A DNA stretch of 64,000 bases from Camelus dromedarius (GCF_036321535.1 NC_087436.1:20524001-20588000); one strand, 5' to 3'. Positions 49,066 to 61,883 are shown, counted from the stretch's first letter. The notes: generated from the sequence alone by a model not told the origin. Translations and numbers: made by a program.

Positions 49066-50130
49066 GAGAGGCAGTAGAGTTGCAGTGGTTATAGGGGAAA
49101 GTGATGAGGCCACATTGCTTGGGTCCAAGTCTCAGTTCTGCCATTTATTAACAAGGAAGGCCTGGCTCTGTTACTTAAGATCTCTGTGTCTTCTTTTCCT
49201 CTTCTGTATAATGAGCATGAAATAGTAGTAGCCGCTTCTGGGAGATCACTCTTTCTCTGTCCTCTCACACGGATCACTTCTGACCCTACATGTGCTGGAG
49301 GGGTTTTCTCCATTACAATGCAACTCGGCTTTCCCGTGGACATGGACTGGATGTCCTGCAGTTTAACTCAGTTATGACCCTAACTGCCTGAGGTTTGCAC
49401 AGACTTTACAGGTTAAGGGCTCAGTCCCATGAGACTGCCCCCACTCCAGATGCCCACCACAGGTGGTGGAACCCTGGGTTACCCACCACTTCCATCTGAC
49501 TGGGCTACAAATCGGGGGGTCCCACAGTCCCCTCCTCGGGTTTGATACTATGCTACAGTGGCTCACAAAACTCCAGTAAACATTTACCTCTGTTTATCAG
49601 TGTATTCTAAAGGGAACAGAGGAACGGCCAGATGAAGAGGTCCATAGGCGAGGTCTGGAAGCGTCCTGAGTGCGGGAGCTTCTGTCCCTGTAGAGTTCAG
49701 GCTGACCCACACCAGGAAGCTTATCAAATCTCTTCATTCAAGAGTTGTATAGGGCTTTAATTCCCAGCCCTGCCTCAGCCCCGCTTCTGAAAGACTGGTG
49801 GCTGGGGCTGACTGTAATCACTTAGTCTTTCTGGTGACCAGCCCCATCCTGAGGCGATGTAGCATAAACTCAGGTGTGATCAAAGGACTTGTAATGAACA
49901 ACAAAAGACACTTAGGAAATTCCAAGTTTTAGGAACTCTGTACAAAACCCAAATATTATAACAAAGATGCTCTTACCACCCTTATCATTCAGGAAATTGC
50001 AAGAGTTTTAAGAGCTCTGTGACAGGAACCCAGGATGAAAACCAAATCTTTATTTATTATACCCACTGCATATGGATGTTATGAGCATCAAATTAGTCAG
50101 TTCTATGGAGGGCTTTGAATAAAGGGAGAT
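49066..50130 (+). mobile_element. MIR split by MER21
   Basis: gagaggcagtagagttgcagtggtta...tgggtccaagtctcagttctgccattta (49066-49236); resumes catatggatgttatgagcatcaaattag after 50066. Confidence 0.75.
49237..50065 (-). mobile_element. MER21-type solo LTR, second copy
   Basis: acaggttaagggctcagtcccatgagactgcccccact...tctttctggtgaccagcccc...gcataaactcaggtgtg...gagctctgtgacaggaaccc; homologous to 18150-19492. Confidence 0.88.
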
Positions 50131-50204
50131 TACTCTTAATTTAAATGAAAAACAGATTTACTTTTCCAATAGGTTCCTTGGAGGTAAAGCAAATAGAAAG
50201 ATGA

Positions 50205-50312
50205 TGTGAAAACGAATATATATGTGTTCATGTATGACTGAAGCACTGTGCTGCACACCAGAAATTGACACAACATTGTAACCTGACTCTACTTCAAAAA
50301 ATATATATACAT
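50205..50312 (+). mobile_element. Very short camelid-type L1 3' tail
   Basis: ttcatgtatgactgaagcactgtgctgcacaccagaaattgacacaacattgtaa. TSD gcaaatagaaagatga (50189-50204) / gcaaatggaaagatga (50313-50328). Confidence 0.9.
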
Positions 50313-51152
50313 GCAAATGGAAAGATGAACTGGATATGCACAAGTCCACACGTACACTTTTCAGGACTGATGGAAATTAGTGGACTCAGAGATAAACAGA
50401 TGGAAAATGTCATTTCATAATATCATTTCTTCTTTGAGACTCAATAGTATGGCTGTAAAAACATGAGTTTAAAAAGTGAGTTTCAGTATCCACTGATCTA
50501 CTTGATAAATTGTGTGTAATTATTACTTGTTAACCACTATGAATGGAAGGTTATTCAAGTTGAAGTTCAAAAACTTGAAATAATAAATTTGGTCAGGGGA
50601 AAACATACTGATAGAATTTGGAAGACAGTATTTTATTTGTTTAATAGTGAGTCACATGACACCCTCTACCCTGTCTCATTTTTTGTCATCCACGACTATA
50701 GCCTCCTGTGTGCCTAGAAGGCAAAACAATTTTTGAGAACAATGTTGTAAGATTTACCCTACCAGATATCAGGGTTTATAAAAATTAAGACAGCGTAGTA
50801 CCACTGCAGGTGTGGGAAAATAAGCCATCAAAAATGAGAGGACCCCGAAAGAGACCTATGAGTAAGTAGAACCCTGGAATAGGACAAGGGTAGTATTAAA
50901 ATTAGTGGGGTAAGGGCAGACCACTTAACAAGCAGTTCTGAAATAATCAGTTATTCATATGCAAAACATAAAATCACACTTCTGTCTCATATATCTACAA
51001 AAATAAATTCCAGATTTATTACAGTGGTAAAAATGAAAAAATTCAAGACCTTTAAAAGAAGGCCTAGGAAAATATCTTTATGACATGTGAAAAAAGATTT
51101 CTTAGATAAGACACAAAAAGCATGAACAATGAAGGAAAAACTTTATAAATTT

Positions 51153-51815
51153 TTTTAACATTTTTTATTGGTTTATAATCATTTTGCAATGTTGTGTCAA
51201 ATTCCAGCGTAGAGCACAATTTTTCAGTTATACATGAACATATATATATTCATTGTCACATTTTTTTCTCTGTGAGCTACCATAAGATCTTGTGTATATT
51301 TCCCTGTGCTATACAGTATAGTCTTGTTTATCTATTCTACAATTTTGAAATCTGGTCTATCCCTTCCCACCCTCCACCCCCTTGGCAACCACAAGTTTGT
51401 ATTCTATGTCTGTGAGTCTATTTCTGTTTTGTATTTATGCTTTGTTTTTGTTTTAAGATTCCACATAACGAGCGATCTCATATGGTATTTTTCTTTCTCT
51501 TTCTGGCTTACTTCACTTAGAATGACATTCTCCAGGAGCATCCATGTTGCTGCAAATGGCTTTATGTTGTTGGTTTTTATGGCTGAGTAGTATTCCATTG
51601 TATAAATATACCACATCTTCTTTATCCAGTCATCCGTTGATGGACATTAAGGCTGTTTCCATGTCCTGGCTATTGTAAATAGTGCTGCTGTGAACATTGG
51701 GGTGCAGGTGTCATCCTGAAGTAGGGTTCCTTCTGGATATATGCCCAGGAGTGGGATTCATGTGGTAAGTCTATTCCTAGTCTTTTGAGGAATCTCCATA
51801 CTGTTTTCCACAGTG
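51153..51815 (-). mobile_element. Young camelid L1, 5'-truncated
   Basis: ORF 51404-51616 reads MWYIYTMEYYSAIK...PFAATWMLLENVILSEVSQKEK (ORF2 C-terminus). TSD aaaactttataaattt (51137-51152) / aaaacttgataaattt (51816-51831). Confidence 0.95.
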
Positions 51816-52225
51816 AAAACTTGATAAATTTAATGTGAATTTTTTTTTGGATGGGAGAAACAACATTAGTAAAATGAAAGGGCATGCCACTAGATTGAAG
51901 ATATTTGCAGTAGCTAAGATTTAATAACCATGAAATATAAAGAGCTCACATAAATCAATAAAGAAATAAGCAATTCAACAGAAAAATGAACAAATTATAT
52001 TACAGGCAATTTACTAAAAGGAAACTGAATAACCAATCAACATATGACAAATCAGTAATCAGGGAAATGCAACTTCAAACAAGATTCTTTTTTACACCAA
52101 TCAATTTAACAAAAATTATAAGTATTACAAGGAGAAATTTTGGTGGAATTTTCTGATAGGAATGTAAATTAGCACAGCAGTTTGGAGAACATTTTGGTAA
52201 TATGTAGTAAAGTTTAAAATGTATA

Positions 52226-52565
52226 CAGTTGTCCTTCAGTTTTGGGGCAAATTGGTTCCAAGACCCCAGCAGATACCAATATCCATGGACACTCAAGTCC
52301 TTTATATAAAATGGCATAGTATTTGCATATAATCTATGCACATCCTCCTGTACACTTTAAATCATCTCTAGGTTACTTATAATAAGTAATACCATGTGAA
52401 TAGTTGTTAATACAAGGTAAATGCTGTGTAAATAGTTGCTGGTGTGTGACAAATTCCAGTTTTGCTTTGGGGAACATTCTGAAATTTGGGGCAGGGGCAG
52501 ATATTATTAATCCATGGTTGGTTGAATCCACAGATTCAGAACCCACAGATACCGAGGGCCAAATG
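52226..52565. mobile_element. MER2-type Tigger (TcMar) MITE
   Basis: TIR-like ends cagttgtccttcagt... / ...gataccgagggccaaatg, flanked by TA on both sides; internal aaaatggcatagtatttgcatataa. Confidence 0.9.
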
Positions 52566-53460
52566 TATATACCATAACCCAACAATTACACTCCTGGGTA
52601 TATACCCTGGAGAAACTTCAATGCATGTGCTGTACACCAACCAGGGTTCATTTCTGAGGAACAGAATCTATTCCAACTATTAAGCAGAAAGGCATTTAGT
52701 AGAAGTTATTTAATGGCTTTAGAATTGTTGAAAAGGCTGAAAGCTCTAGGCTGTGCTCTTAGGAATGACCCTCCCAAATCACAGAACTGGGCCAGCAAAG
52801 GAGCTGCTGCCTCCTCCATGATCAGGAAGCTGCTGGTTCCAGAATCCTATCACCGTTGCCAGAGCCAGTAAGTTGTCACAGCAGGTTAACTGTCTTAATC
52901 AAGAAACTGCCATGTCCAGAAAGCTCCTGCTCTTGCACTGAATCCAGATCAATGCCATGTCTGCTCTGCTCCACAGCAACAAAACAGATACCTTGCCCCG
53001 GCCCTTGACGCCTGCAAAGCTCACAACCAGCTCCGAGGACTCGGCCAGCGGGCACTCCATGGTCAGTGATGCTTGTCAGTAGAGAGTGCAGAGCAGTAGA
53101 AGCGCAGACTCTGCTCCACGTCTACTTCCCAAATTGTGTTGAGTTCATCTGATTGGCGGAAAGTAAATCACTTCCAGAACCTAGCTGTAAAGGAGAAGGG
53201 GGATTGTTTTTCGCTTTCCAGCCTCTGTACATATGAATCTCAATCTGCAAGTATGCCACATCGTACCTCTATGGTTACTCTACACACCAACATGCTTTTC
53301 TTCCCTTAGCTTTCCAAACAACGATAACAGCAAGACAAGAGCTTAACATATTTTCTTGATCACTCGTACATATAAAAACTCACTCATCTCCACCCTGTTG
53401 GGGAAAACTAAAGTCCCGTCAATTCTTCCATCTAAGTCTGGGAGTTATTCATTTCTTCTT

Positions 53461-53620
53461 CTTCTTTTTTTTTTTTTCAATTTAACAATGTTGTATTGAT
53501 TTCTGGTGTAAACAGTGAATCAATTTTATATATATATATTTTTTTTTCATGTTATTTTCATTATAGGCTACTACAAGATATTGAATATAGTTCCCTGTGC
53601 TATACAGTAGGACTTTGTTG
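53461..53620 (-). mobile_element. Short L1 3' tail in the ERVL internal region
   Basis: tacaagatattgaatatagttccctgtgctatacagtagg. Perfect TSD tcatttcttctt (53449-53460 / 53621-53632). Confidence 0.9.
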
Positions 53621-53689
53621 TCATTTCTTCTTTATTTCAGTTATAATTCTGTCGTGATATCCTATGACCTATGGATTAGGTTGTCATAC

Positions 53690-54560
53690 CCTTGAATTTT
53701 TAAGAGGTTTATCTTTTACCTTACAGCTTATGACCGTCTTAAGAAGAAATTTACAGTAACGGCTACTTGATCACCAGGTTCTATCAGACTGATGTCATCA
53801 TCACCAGCTTGATGTTCTGGGGGATAGTAAGATGATAAGGGACCCTGTGACAAAAGGCTAGAGAGTTAATTGCCTTGAGGCAAGGTGGTAATGGTGCATG
53901 CCTGTATCTCATGTGCAATTGAAGGGCTTCTGGTGTTTTCTGCTTACTGGGATAGGAACAGAGAGTTGCTTAGATCAATAGCAGCTAATCAGGTGCTTAT
54001 CAGTCATCTCCTAATTGAGCTTGCATTATGGACTGAATGTTTGTGTCCCCCAAAATGTATATGTTGAAACTCTATCGCCCAATGTGAAGGCACTAAGAAG
54101 TGGGGCTTTGGGGAGATAATTAGGTTTTGATGGAGTCATGAAGGTGGAGAAATGGGATTAGTGTCTGGAGACTATGGCTCTCTCTCCCTCCTCATTTATA
54201 GGTGTGAGGATACACATCTACAAATCAGGAAGACGGTCCTCTCCAGCCACTGAACTCACAGTCACCCTGATCTTGGAATTCCCACTCTGTAGAACTGTGA
54301 GAAATAAATGTCTGTTGTTAAGCTACTGAGTCTATGTTATTGTGTTACAGGAGCCTGGGCTGACTAAGCCAGACAAATCCACCATCATTCTCCAAGAATG
54401 TCTTCTGCACAATCCAAACAAGAGAGTTAAATGTGGACGTGATAAGAATCACCATCCTTGTATCTGTCACATCTTTGATGGTAGCACTAATCTCTGTGAT
54501 CCCTCTTAGAGCTGTGGTGTTACCTTTGGCTTGCTATTGTGGAAGCGGTAGTTCCAGAAG
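53690..54560 (-). pseudogene. ERVL reverse transcriptase remnant (frameshifted; split by MLT1A)
   Basis: Manual minus-strand translation gives VWIVQKT/WRMMVD (about 54372-54425), TITTLPQG (LPQG at 53872-53883), HLTIPQNIKLV-DDISLI (DDI at 53791-53799) and KIQG. These match ERVL RT motifs. Confidence 0.75.
54025..54371 (+). mobile_element. MLT1A-type MaLR solo LTR
   Basis: tatggactgaatgtttgtgtccccc...agaactgtgagaaataaatgtctgttg...gctgactaagcca. Confidence 0.9.
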
Positions 54561-54802
54561 CTTCCTTTTTGCTTTTCTACCATATTTAATAGCCATCGGT
54601 CCACAGGTCAGGAGGTTTTTATGAGGATTCTTCTGTTATTTTTTCTTCAAGTCTGCTTACAGGAATGGGAAAATAACTACACGATGTGTTCAAAAGCACA
54701 CTAGGCCCATCGTGAGACCGATGACATGGGTCAAAATTCCATTTCTCACTTGACCACAGGAAGTCCCCCTTCTGAACAGTTGACCCAGGAGCAATACAGA
54801 AG

Positions 54803-54923
54803 CCCAGGGATTAGCATTTACTCAGAGCCAGAGTCCAATAATTCTTTAGATAAAGATCTGAGTAGTTCCTTTTTCCCAGGGCACAATAATACCAGTCAAT
54901 ACCAACAGGTCCCTTTGGGGCAG
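54803..54923 (-). pseudogene. ERVL protease remnant
   Basis: Minus strand reads LPQRDLLVLTGIIVPWEKGTTQIF, then after a frameshift ELLDSGSE*MLIPG. This matches ERVL LPQRDLRPFTRVTVHWGKG...LLDTGSELTLIPG, including the D[ST]G motif. Confidence 0.8.
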
Positions 54924-55289
54924 CCTAGGTGAAACATGTGTAGTAGGGACTTGGGGCAGTGGTTCAGCCTTCTTCTTCAGGGGATCCTGGCTTCCTCATT
55001 CCTGGGACTCTGCAACTCAGGTCTGAGAACTGGGCCAGCATCCTTAGCTCCTTATCATTTTGATTCAAGTTAGGCCTCCATTTATCAGCCAAAAAGGCTT
55101 TTTGGTTTTGGTGGGGGATGCGGAGAATAGATCAAACCGTTTTATCGCTGAAGCCCAGCTTTCTGCTTAATGAGTCCACTCCTTTTTCTCTACTTGGTGC
55201 CTGCTGCTACGTGGTCTTTCCTACTCTGGCGTGGCCTCATCCTTGTTTAACCCAGGATTCTATTTCTGGGGATATACCTACTGCCTGCA

Positions 55290-55315
55290 AACAACAACAA
55301 CAACAACAACAACAA
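55290..55315. repeat. (AAC)n microsatellite
   Basis: Read directly; it produces the poly-Q ORF artefact. Confidence 0.9.
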
Positions 55316-55439
55316 AACTGCAGTGATTTTCAATGTTTTGGTAAACAGAGGGTCCTCTGAGCCATTTCAAGGCTCCCAGCTGGTAGGTGGGTAAGTTAGT
55401 CGTGCATGTTAAATTTTCTCCTGCATCCCCGTCTCCCAG

Positions 55440-55672
55440 AGTCTCTGAATACCTTCATCTACCTTATATCAAAGGATTTCTAGTACCTAACTTCATTTAG
55501 TGTAGGCCATTGTTGAGTTCAGGTTCAGTTAACGAAATGAACGAACACTTCAGGCGACTTCCAACTCTGTGAGCTGGGACACTGAATCCAGAATCTCTGA
55601 TAAACACATCTATGTTGGTAAATTCAACCTCAACTATTACTCTCAGAATTCATTCCATAATTCTCTAGGTTT
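55440..55672 (-). pseudogene. ERVL gag remnant
   Basis: Minus strand gives EFTNID, DSGFSVPA and TQQWPTLNEV, resembling ERVL gag EFIDMG...DSGFNV...WPTVNEV. Confidence 0.6.
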
Positions 55673-55675
55673 TTA

Positions 55676-56394
55676 ATTAATTAATTAATTTATTTATTTT
55701 TTAAAAAATTAAATGAGTTTATTTTTTATTGAAGTATAGTTGATTTACAATATTGTTAGTTTGAGGTGTACAGCAAAGTGATTCTGTTATGGTTTTTTTT
55801 TTCAGATTTTTTTCCATTATAGGTTATTAAAAGATGCTGGATATTGTTACCGTACTACACAGTAAATTCTTGTTGCTTATCTATTTTATGTATAGTAGTC
55901 TGTATATGTTAATCTCAAACTCCTAATTTATCTGTCCTCCCTCCCTTCTCCCTTTGGCAACTATAAGTTTGCTTTCTGTGTCTGAGTCTGTTTCTGTTTT
56001 GTACACAGATTCGTTTGCATTATTTTTTAGATTCCACATATAAGTGACAATATATTATATTTGTCTTTCTGTCTGACTTACTTCACTAAGTACAACATTC
56101 TCAGGTCTATTGCAAAGGACAATATTTCATTTTTTATGGTAATATTACATTGTATATATGTACCACATCTTCTTAAGCTAGTTATCTGCTGATGGACACT
56201 TAGGTTGCTTCTGTTTCTTGGCTATTGTAAATAATGCTGCTGTGAACATTGGGGTGCCTATATCTTTTTGAATTAGAGTCTTCAGCTTTTCTGGATATAT
56301 GCCCAGGAATGAGATTGCTGGATTTTATGGTAACTCTATTTTTAGTTTTTTAAGGAAGCTCCATACTGTTTTCCACAGTGGCTGCACCAACTCA
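55676..56394 (-). mobile_element. Cetartiodactyl-type L1, 5'-truncated
   Basis: ttttattgaagtatagttgatttacaatatt...ctccatactgttttccacagtggctgcaccaa. Perfect TSD tctaggttttta (55664-55675 / 56395-56406). Confidence 0.93.
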
Positions 56395-56887
56395 TCTAGG
56401 TTTTTATTAATACAATTTAGAAAAATCTTAAGACTATTTTTCGTATAAGACTTTTCCTCCTCAGTCAGACTTAGTACCTACCCCGGGGGTCTGCTGGGAT
56501 CTGACCCCAAGTCTGGATTGAATGACGGGTGCGAGGGTGGAGCATAAGGAGAACTGGCATCTTCTTGCAAGGAAATTACTGCTGCTGCAGTCAACACTGG
56601 GGCTTTAAACGTGGCAGATTTAGCTGATAAAAGCAGAGAAGGGGCTACACTTGCTAAAATGGAAAGCTCAGTGGACTTGGAGGTTCAGGTACTCAGCGTC
56701 ATCTAAGTCCCTTCAAATATCCTTATTCCAGTTCATAGTGTCCCACTCCTTCCTAATTAATGTGCTTTCACATAAGAGGCCAAGTGAGGTTGTGAATTTA
56801 ATTTAAGTTGTATTTTGGCAACTTGTTGGATCTGATAATTAGGGATATCTGCCCTGCCAGTACAGAGGTAAGGGCACTCATTTAGGG

Positions 56888-57073
56888 CAATGGTTCTCAA
56901 ATTGTCGTTCCTGGACCAACAATATTAGCGTCACCTTGAAACTTTCAGAAAAGCGAATTCTTGGGCTCCACCCTTCACTCAGTCAGAAACTCTGAGGTTG
57001 GGGACCCAGCAGCCTGTATTTTAAATAAGTCCTGTAGGGGGTTCTTAATCATGCTGCAGTTTGAGAACCATTA
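56888..57073. mobile_element. MER5A hAT-Charlie MITE
   Basis: TIRs caatggttctcaaa / tttgagaaccatta; 8-bp TSD-like flanks atttaggg / ttttatgg. Confidence 0.88.
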
Positions 57074-57486
57074 TTTTATGGTGATTATATAAGTTCTCTG
57101 ATTTGTCCACTGAGTTAAGAATTTTAAATATGGAGCTTTCTCTTCTTTTTCTAAAACTCTCCAGTGCAGTTAGAGTTAGCCAACTCACCCCACATTTTTT
57201 TTAAATCCCTCCTTCTTACCATAAGTGGTTGTGCAGTGGCCAGCTGATCTGCCAAGCCTTCCGTTTGCTAAGGCCTTCATTTTCAGCAAGCATAATTTAT
57301 CATTTGTTCTTAATGTGATTATCATGGCTTTCAAACCCACCCAGGTGAGATAACCAATTCCAGGAGTTCATTTCCTTAAAATTGTTGTATGCAACCCTAC
57401 CTGATATTAATGACATAATCATGTAGAATTCTGTTGCAGAGAATGGAAATCACTTTTGCTAGTTTAAGCAATTGATTTATTACTGG

Positions 57487-58383
57487 CAGAGAAGGATCTA
57501 GTTGTTTGGGGGCATGAATTTAATATAAAATTTGGCAGCTTCTTTAGGAAAAAAATACACCTTTAAAAATACAAAGTTAGATATGAAATTCAAAATGTAT
57601 TCATAGTGAAAATTACAATCAATTACAAATTCTAGGAAGCTCACATTTAGCACAAGTATCACAAAATCCAGAAAGCTAATATAATATTTTTATCAATCAA
57701 ATATTTAATGGACCGTTAAACTTTTTTTTCACTTTTGCCTTTATTTGATAGTACTTTTGTAGTATCACTTTTATAGAGAGAATATAAAGATAATTCAGTC
57801 TTTGTTGTAACTGAAATTTTGTTTTATTATCGATAGTTTAGGAAATTTCTTTCATCTTTACAACTCATTATTGATATTGCCATGTAGATTTTTAGACAGT
57901 TGTCAAAATTGGGGAAACCACTGTCAGATCTCTTTTTCATATGAATTATAAGATTTGGAAGTTTTCTACTTTGGCTCAGTCAATTTTAAACTTTGTTACT
58001 CCTTCACTGCCCAAAGAAAGTGTAAGACACCTTCTGACTGTGATACGATCTCTGGGTCTGTCCCCTCGTGTCACAAAGCTGGATGAGTTCACACACTGGG
58101 TATTGGGAGTGATTACAAACACAAAACTATGTCTGTTAACCCATGCTAAATATATACCTTGCTCAATTTCTTCTTAACTAGATCCCCAAAATGCCTAAGG
58201 CCTCTCCATCAACACTGGAGACGAATGTAACCGAGGGGGAGTTTGAGTAGAAAGAGATAGTAGCCTTCACGTATAGTACTTGAAGTATCTGAATTTTGCA
58301 ATTTTTATAAAAACACATAATCAGCCATGGGCCTATGCAATGAGGGTCTCTGAAGCTTAAGCTTCACGGTAAATCCATCTCTA
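57487..58383. mobile_element. hAT-Tip100 (Zaphod/MER115-like) element in the ERVL 5' LTR
   Basis: Ends cagagaaggatctag... and ...ctgaagcttaagcttcacggtaaatccatctct; internal atcacaaaatccagaaa. Confidence 0.75.
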
Positions 58384-58579
58384 ATGATACAGTATTCAGT
58401 TAAATCATTAGGAGGATGAAAAAATAGACTCTCAGTTGAGCTTTCGTGTATGACATCCAAAGCTACGCTACAGAATGGACTACTGTGGCCATCTCTTTTA
58501 TGATCAGAAAGATGCCAGACATAGAACCAAGGCACTCACTACCCTGAGCAAAAAACTGCCACAATAAAAAAAACTATCA

Positions 58580-59100
58580 GGTGACTGGATAAAGAAGTTG
58601 TGGTATTTATATGTACATACACACACACAATGGAATACTACTCAGCCATAAAAAGAATAAAATAATGCCATTTGCAGCAACATGGATGGACCTAGAGATA
58701 GTCATTCTAAGTGAAGTAAGCCAGAAAGAGAAAGAAAAATATCATGTAATATTACTTATGCAAGGAATTTTTTAAAAGGACACAAATTGAACTTATTTAC
58801 AAAACAGAAACAGACTCACAGACATAGAAAACAAACTTAGGGTTACTGGGTGGAAGGGGATGGGGAGGGATAAATTGGGGGCTCTAGATTTGCAATACTA
58901 CCTACTATATATAAAATGGATAATAAAAGGTCCTACTGTAGAGCACAGGGGACTATATTCAACACCTTGTAATAGCCTATAGTGAAAAAGAATATGAAAA
59001 GGAATATATATATGTATGTATATAACTGAATCACTATGCTGTACACCAGAAATGAACACAACATTGTAAACTGACTATACTCCATTAAAAAAAAAAAGGG
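58580..59100 (+). mobile_element. Cetartiodactyl/camelid L1, 5'-truncated
   Basis: aatggaatactactcagccataaaaagaataaaataatgccatttgcagcaacatggatggacctagag, ending in poly(A). TSD aaactatca (58571-58579 / 59101-59109). Confidence 0.93.
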
Positions 59101-59549
59101 AAACTATCATATCATCGGGAAGCAGTTTGCCACTGTCAGTTCCAGATCCAGAGCAGAGCGGCAATGATTCACATTGACAAAATGGATCCACCTTGCCCTG
59201 CCTTCAAACCTCATAAGGTAACAGGACACTAGGACCCCTTCCTAGTGTGTAGAAAAATTCAGTGCCTCTACAACCATGTTTACCAGCAGCAGCAGAAATG
59301 GCAGGCATGCAGTGTGTGACTTTGAAAAACTTTCATGGGTGTCTTTGATTGGCCAAACCTAAATCAAAGGTGGATCTCTTGCTGTGAGAGAGACTAGTGA
59401 ATATAATTTTTAGCCTTTTAGATACTGATTTAAAGAAAGCACACACAAGAAGGAGTATGGAATAGAGATTGCTCACCAATGTAGTGAATGCAAAACAGAA
59501 GGTGCAAAAATAGCTAACATTTATTGAATACTTACAATGCTCTCATCCA

Positions 59550-60170
59550 AAAAAAAAAAAAAAAGTGGAAAGAAGAAAACCCATAAGTGTTTATCAAGTG
59601 GAGAATGTATAAATAATGTATAAATAAGTAAACTAGTTTATTCATACAATAATACTATTCAACTCTTAAAATGAATAAACTGGAACTTCAGGGATCAATA
59701 GGACTATCTTAGAAATATAATGTTGGGTTCATAAAAAGCAAGTTGCAGAAGGATTCATGAAGAGTGCTAATGTTCACGTAAAGTACAAAGAGAGGCTATC
59801 TATACTAACAGATACATATGTAATAAAGATATACAAATGGGCTTGAGAATAACCAATAGCAGACTCAGGACAGTAGCTTCTGAGGGATACAAGGAAGCAG
59901 TTATGGAATTCTTTGTGTCCAGGTTTGCTGCTGTGTTGCTCAACCCCAGGGGGCACCCTTCTTGTAAAACACAACGTGTTAGCATCCAAGGGAGTCATTC
60001 ACATTCCATTCTAAGAACAGCACCTCCTGCAATGGCTCAGCATGGCAGCCCTGAGTGTGCTCAGAATGCTCTATTTTTTTAAGCTGGGTGAGATGGGTAA
60101 ATCAGTGTTCAGTATAGTATTTTCTACACATTTGTATAGATGGGAAAGGTTTTAATAATAAAATATTCTA
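59550..60170 (+). mobile_element. L1ME 3' end (continuation of 50715-52630)
   Basis: ttcatacaataatactattcaactcttaaaatgaataaactgga...aaaagcaagttgcagaagga...ttttaagctgggtg. Confidence 0.7.
59920..60053. mobile_element. MER91-like hAT-Tip100 MITE
   Basis: Imperfect TIRs caggtttgctg... / ...catggcagccctg; internal caaccccagggggcacc and cattcaca. Confidence 0.5.
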
Positions 60171-60564
60171 GGAATACAAAGTTCTAATTTCATCTATGAA
60201 ATTCTATGTCTCCGAATCTGGGAACCATCATCTTTCAGACCTAGAAGTTTGATGGCCACGCTCCACTTTGCAGCTCTTGGTCTCAGAATTTCATCCTGGG
60301 AGATGAGACATACCTTTCTTCAGTGACAGTCCTCATTTTAGGAGTTCCTTGGCATTGACTGGCCAAAAGAGGCTAAGAAAGTGAACCCTAAGTGTGAGAG
60401 AAATGATCCAGCTTCTAATGAAAATGTTTAAGAACTGACTCATGGCACATTTACTAAGCACTTTGAGGTCATTAATTTTCACTGGCAGGACTGCTTGAGA
60501 TCAGGATTCTGATAGTTGAACAATAATTTTTTCAGCTGAATTTTTTTCACCTTGGTCTGAAATA

Positions 60565-60800
60565 CAACAACAAGCATCATTACTAACATTTATTGAGTAA
60601 TTACGATGTGCTGGGCACCGTTGTAAGTGCTTTCTATGCAATAATTCATTTAAGTCTCACAATTTTAGGAGGTAGCTACTATTATTATGTTCATTTTACA
60701 GATGAGGACTTTGAGTAAAAAGGTTAAAGAACTTGTCCTAGATCGCATGGTCAAAAAAGTGACAGGGCTAAATCCAGGTATAGCTGACCCTAAAGGTTGT
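60565..60800 (-). mobile_element. MIR
   Basis: actaacatttattgagtaattacgatgtgctgggcaccgttgtaagtgctt...ttcattttacagatgaggac. Confidence 0.9.
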
Positions 60801-61853
60801 GTAAATGTTCCATCTGTAAGACATAGTCCCCTCAGTTTCTTTGAACAGTTTTTTACTCAGATGTGGTTCAAGTAGATTCCACAGTTTACCTTAACCCCCA
60901 CCTTCCAGATTTATGCACCTTAAATGTTTAATACTGTAGGAGACACAACTTCCATCCAGGGAAGAAAGTCATTCTAGAATATCTAGTTGAAGATTAGTCT
61001 GTAGACAGAAAGAGGAAATTCTAATGTTACTGTGGAATTCAGTAAAATTTACACCCACCGTACCCACACATGTATTAATTCTCTTTAAAATGAGGATTTC
61101 TGAGTATTCATTTCATGTAATTTACATAGTCTGGTGAATATAGCCTTTTTAAAATTCCAAGCCTATCTCTCATTCTGTCTTGTGGTTTATATAATTGATT
61201 GTTTGACCACTTCTGAAATTACTCTCCAAAGCTACATGGAAGAGCCCACCTTAAACATGACGGCCTAGTGCATTCATCAGGGAGAAAAACGCCTGGCAAG
61301 TAGCAATGTGTATTCATGGAAATATTATGTTTTCAAAAACAAACAAATACAAGCAGTGAGACCTTAGGTCCTGGGTCAAAGATTTGGGGTATTTTGTGCA
61401 TCATTTTCATGGGTGTGGGTCAAAGGCTGTCTATTTTAATAGTTCATTTTAGAGAGATTAAAAATGATTTCTCTGAATGCTGACAGAGAAAGAAAACCCA
61501 CAGAGGCCCTTACACTCAACCTTGGCCCCGCAGCAGTAGCCAGGGGGGTTAGAGGTTGCTGTAGCAATGACCTGTATTACATAATGCCTCCCATCTGCCC
61601 ACAGATGTGTGAGTTTGCTCAAATGTTTTATTAGATTTTTATTATACTTTCCTACCGCTCCAGCCCATCTGCATTTGCCAGCCTGGGTGCAATTTCTAAA
61701 ATACCTAATCCATTAGCTATTCAATACATGCAAATATACATGAGATACGTTCTCTGACCAAGTCCCTGGTGCTGTCTGGGTGACACTAACACATGTTTCA
61801 TGGATACAGTAAATAAAACTGACAGAATAGGCCCTGGAGGCCTCCTGATTATG

Positions 61854-61883
61854 ATGATGGTGATGGTGATGGTGATGGTGATG
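61854..61883. repeat. (ATGGTG)n hexamer repeat
   Basis: Read directly. Confidence 0.85.

Larger units (their letters stand above)
50715..52630 (+). mobile_element. Ancient L1ME ORF2 3' part; host of several nested insertions, resumes at about 59550
   Basis: ttaccctaccagatatcag, aaaaataaattccagat, gatttcttagataagacacaaaaagca, and acccaacaattacactcctgggtatataccc. Confidence 0.75.
52631..59497 (-). mobile_element. ERVL-class provirus fossil with two LTRs (3' LTR about 52631-53260; 5' LTR about 57411-59497, interrupted)
   Basis: The two LTRs share diverged motifs. A PPT-like sequence adjoins 53260 and a PBS-like ttaatatcagg adjoins 57411 on the minus strand. Internal ERVL gag, pro and RT remnants are listed separately. 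Confidence 0.75.
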
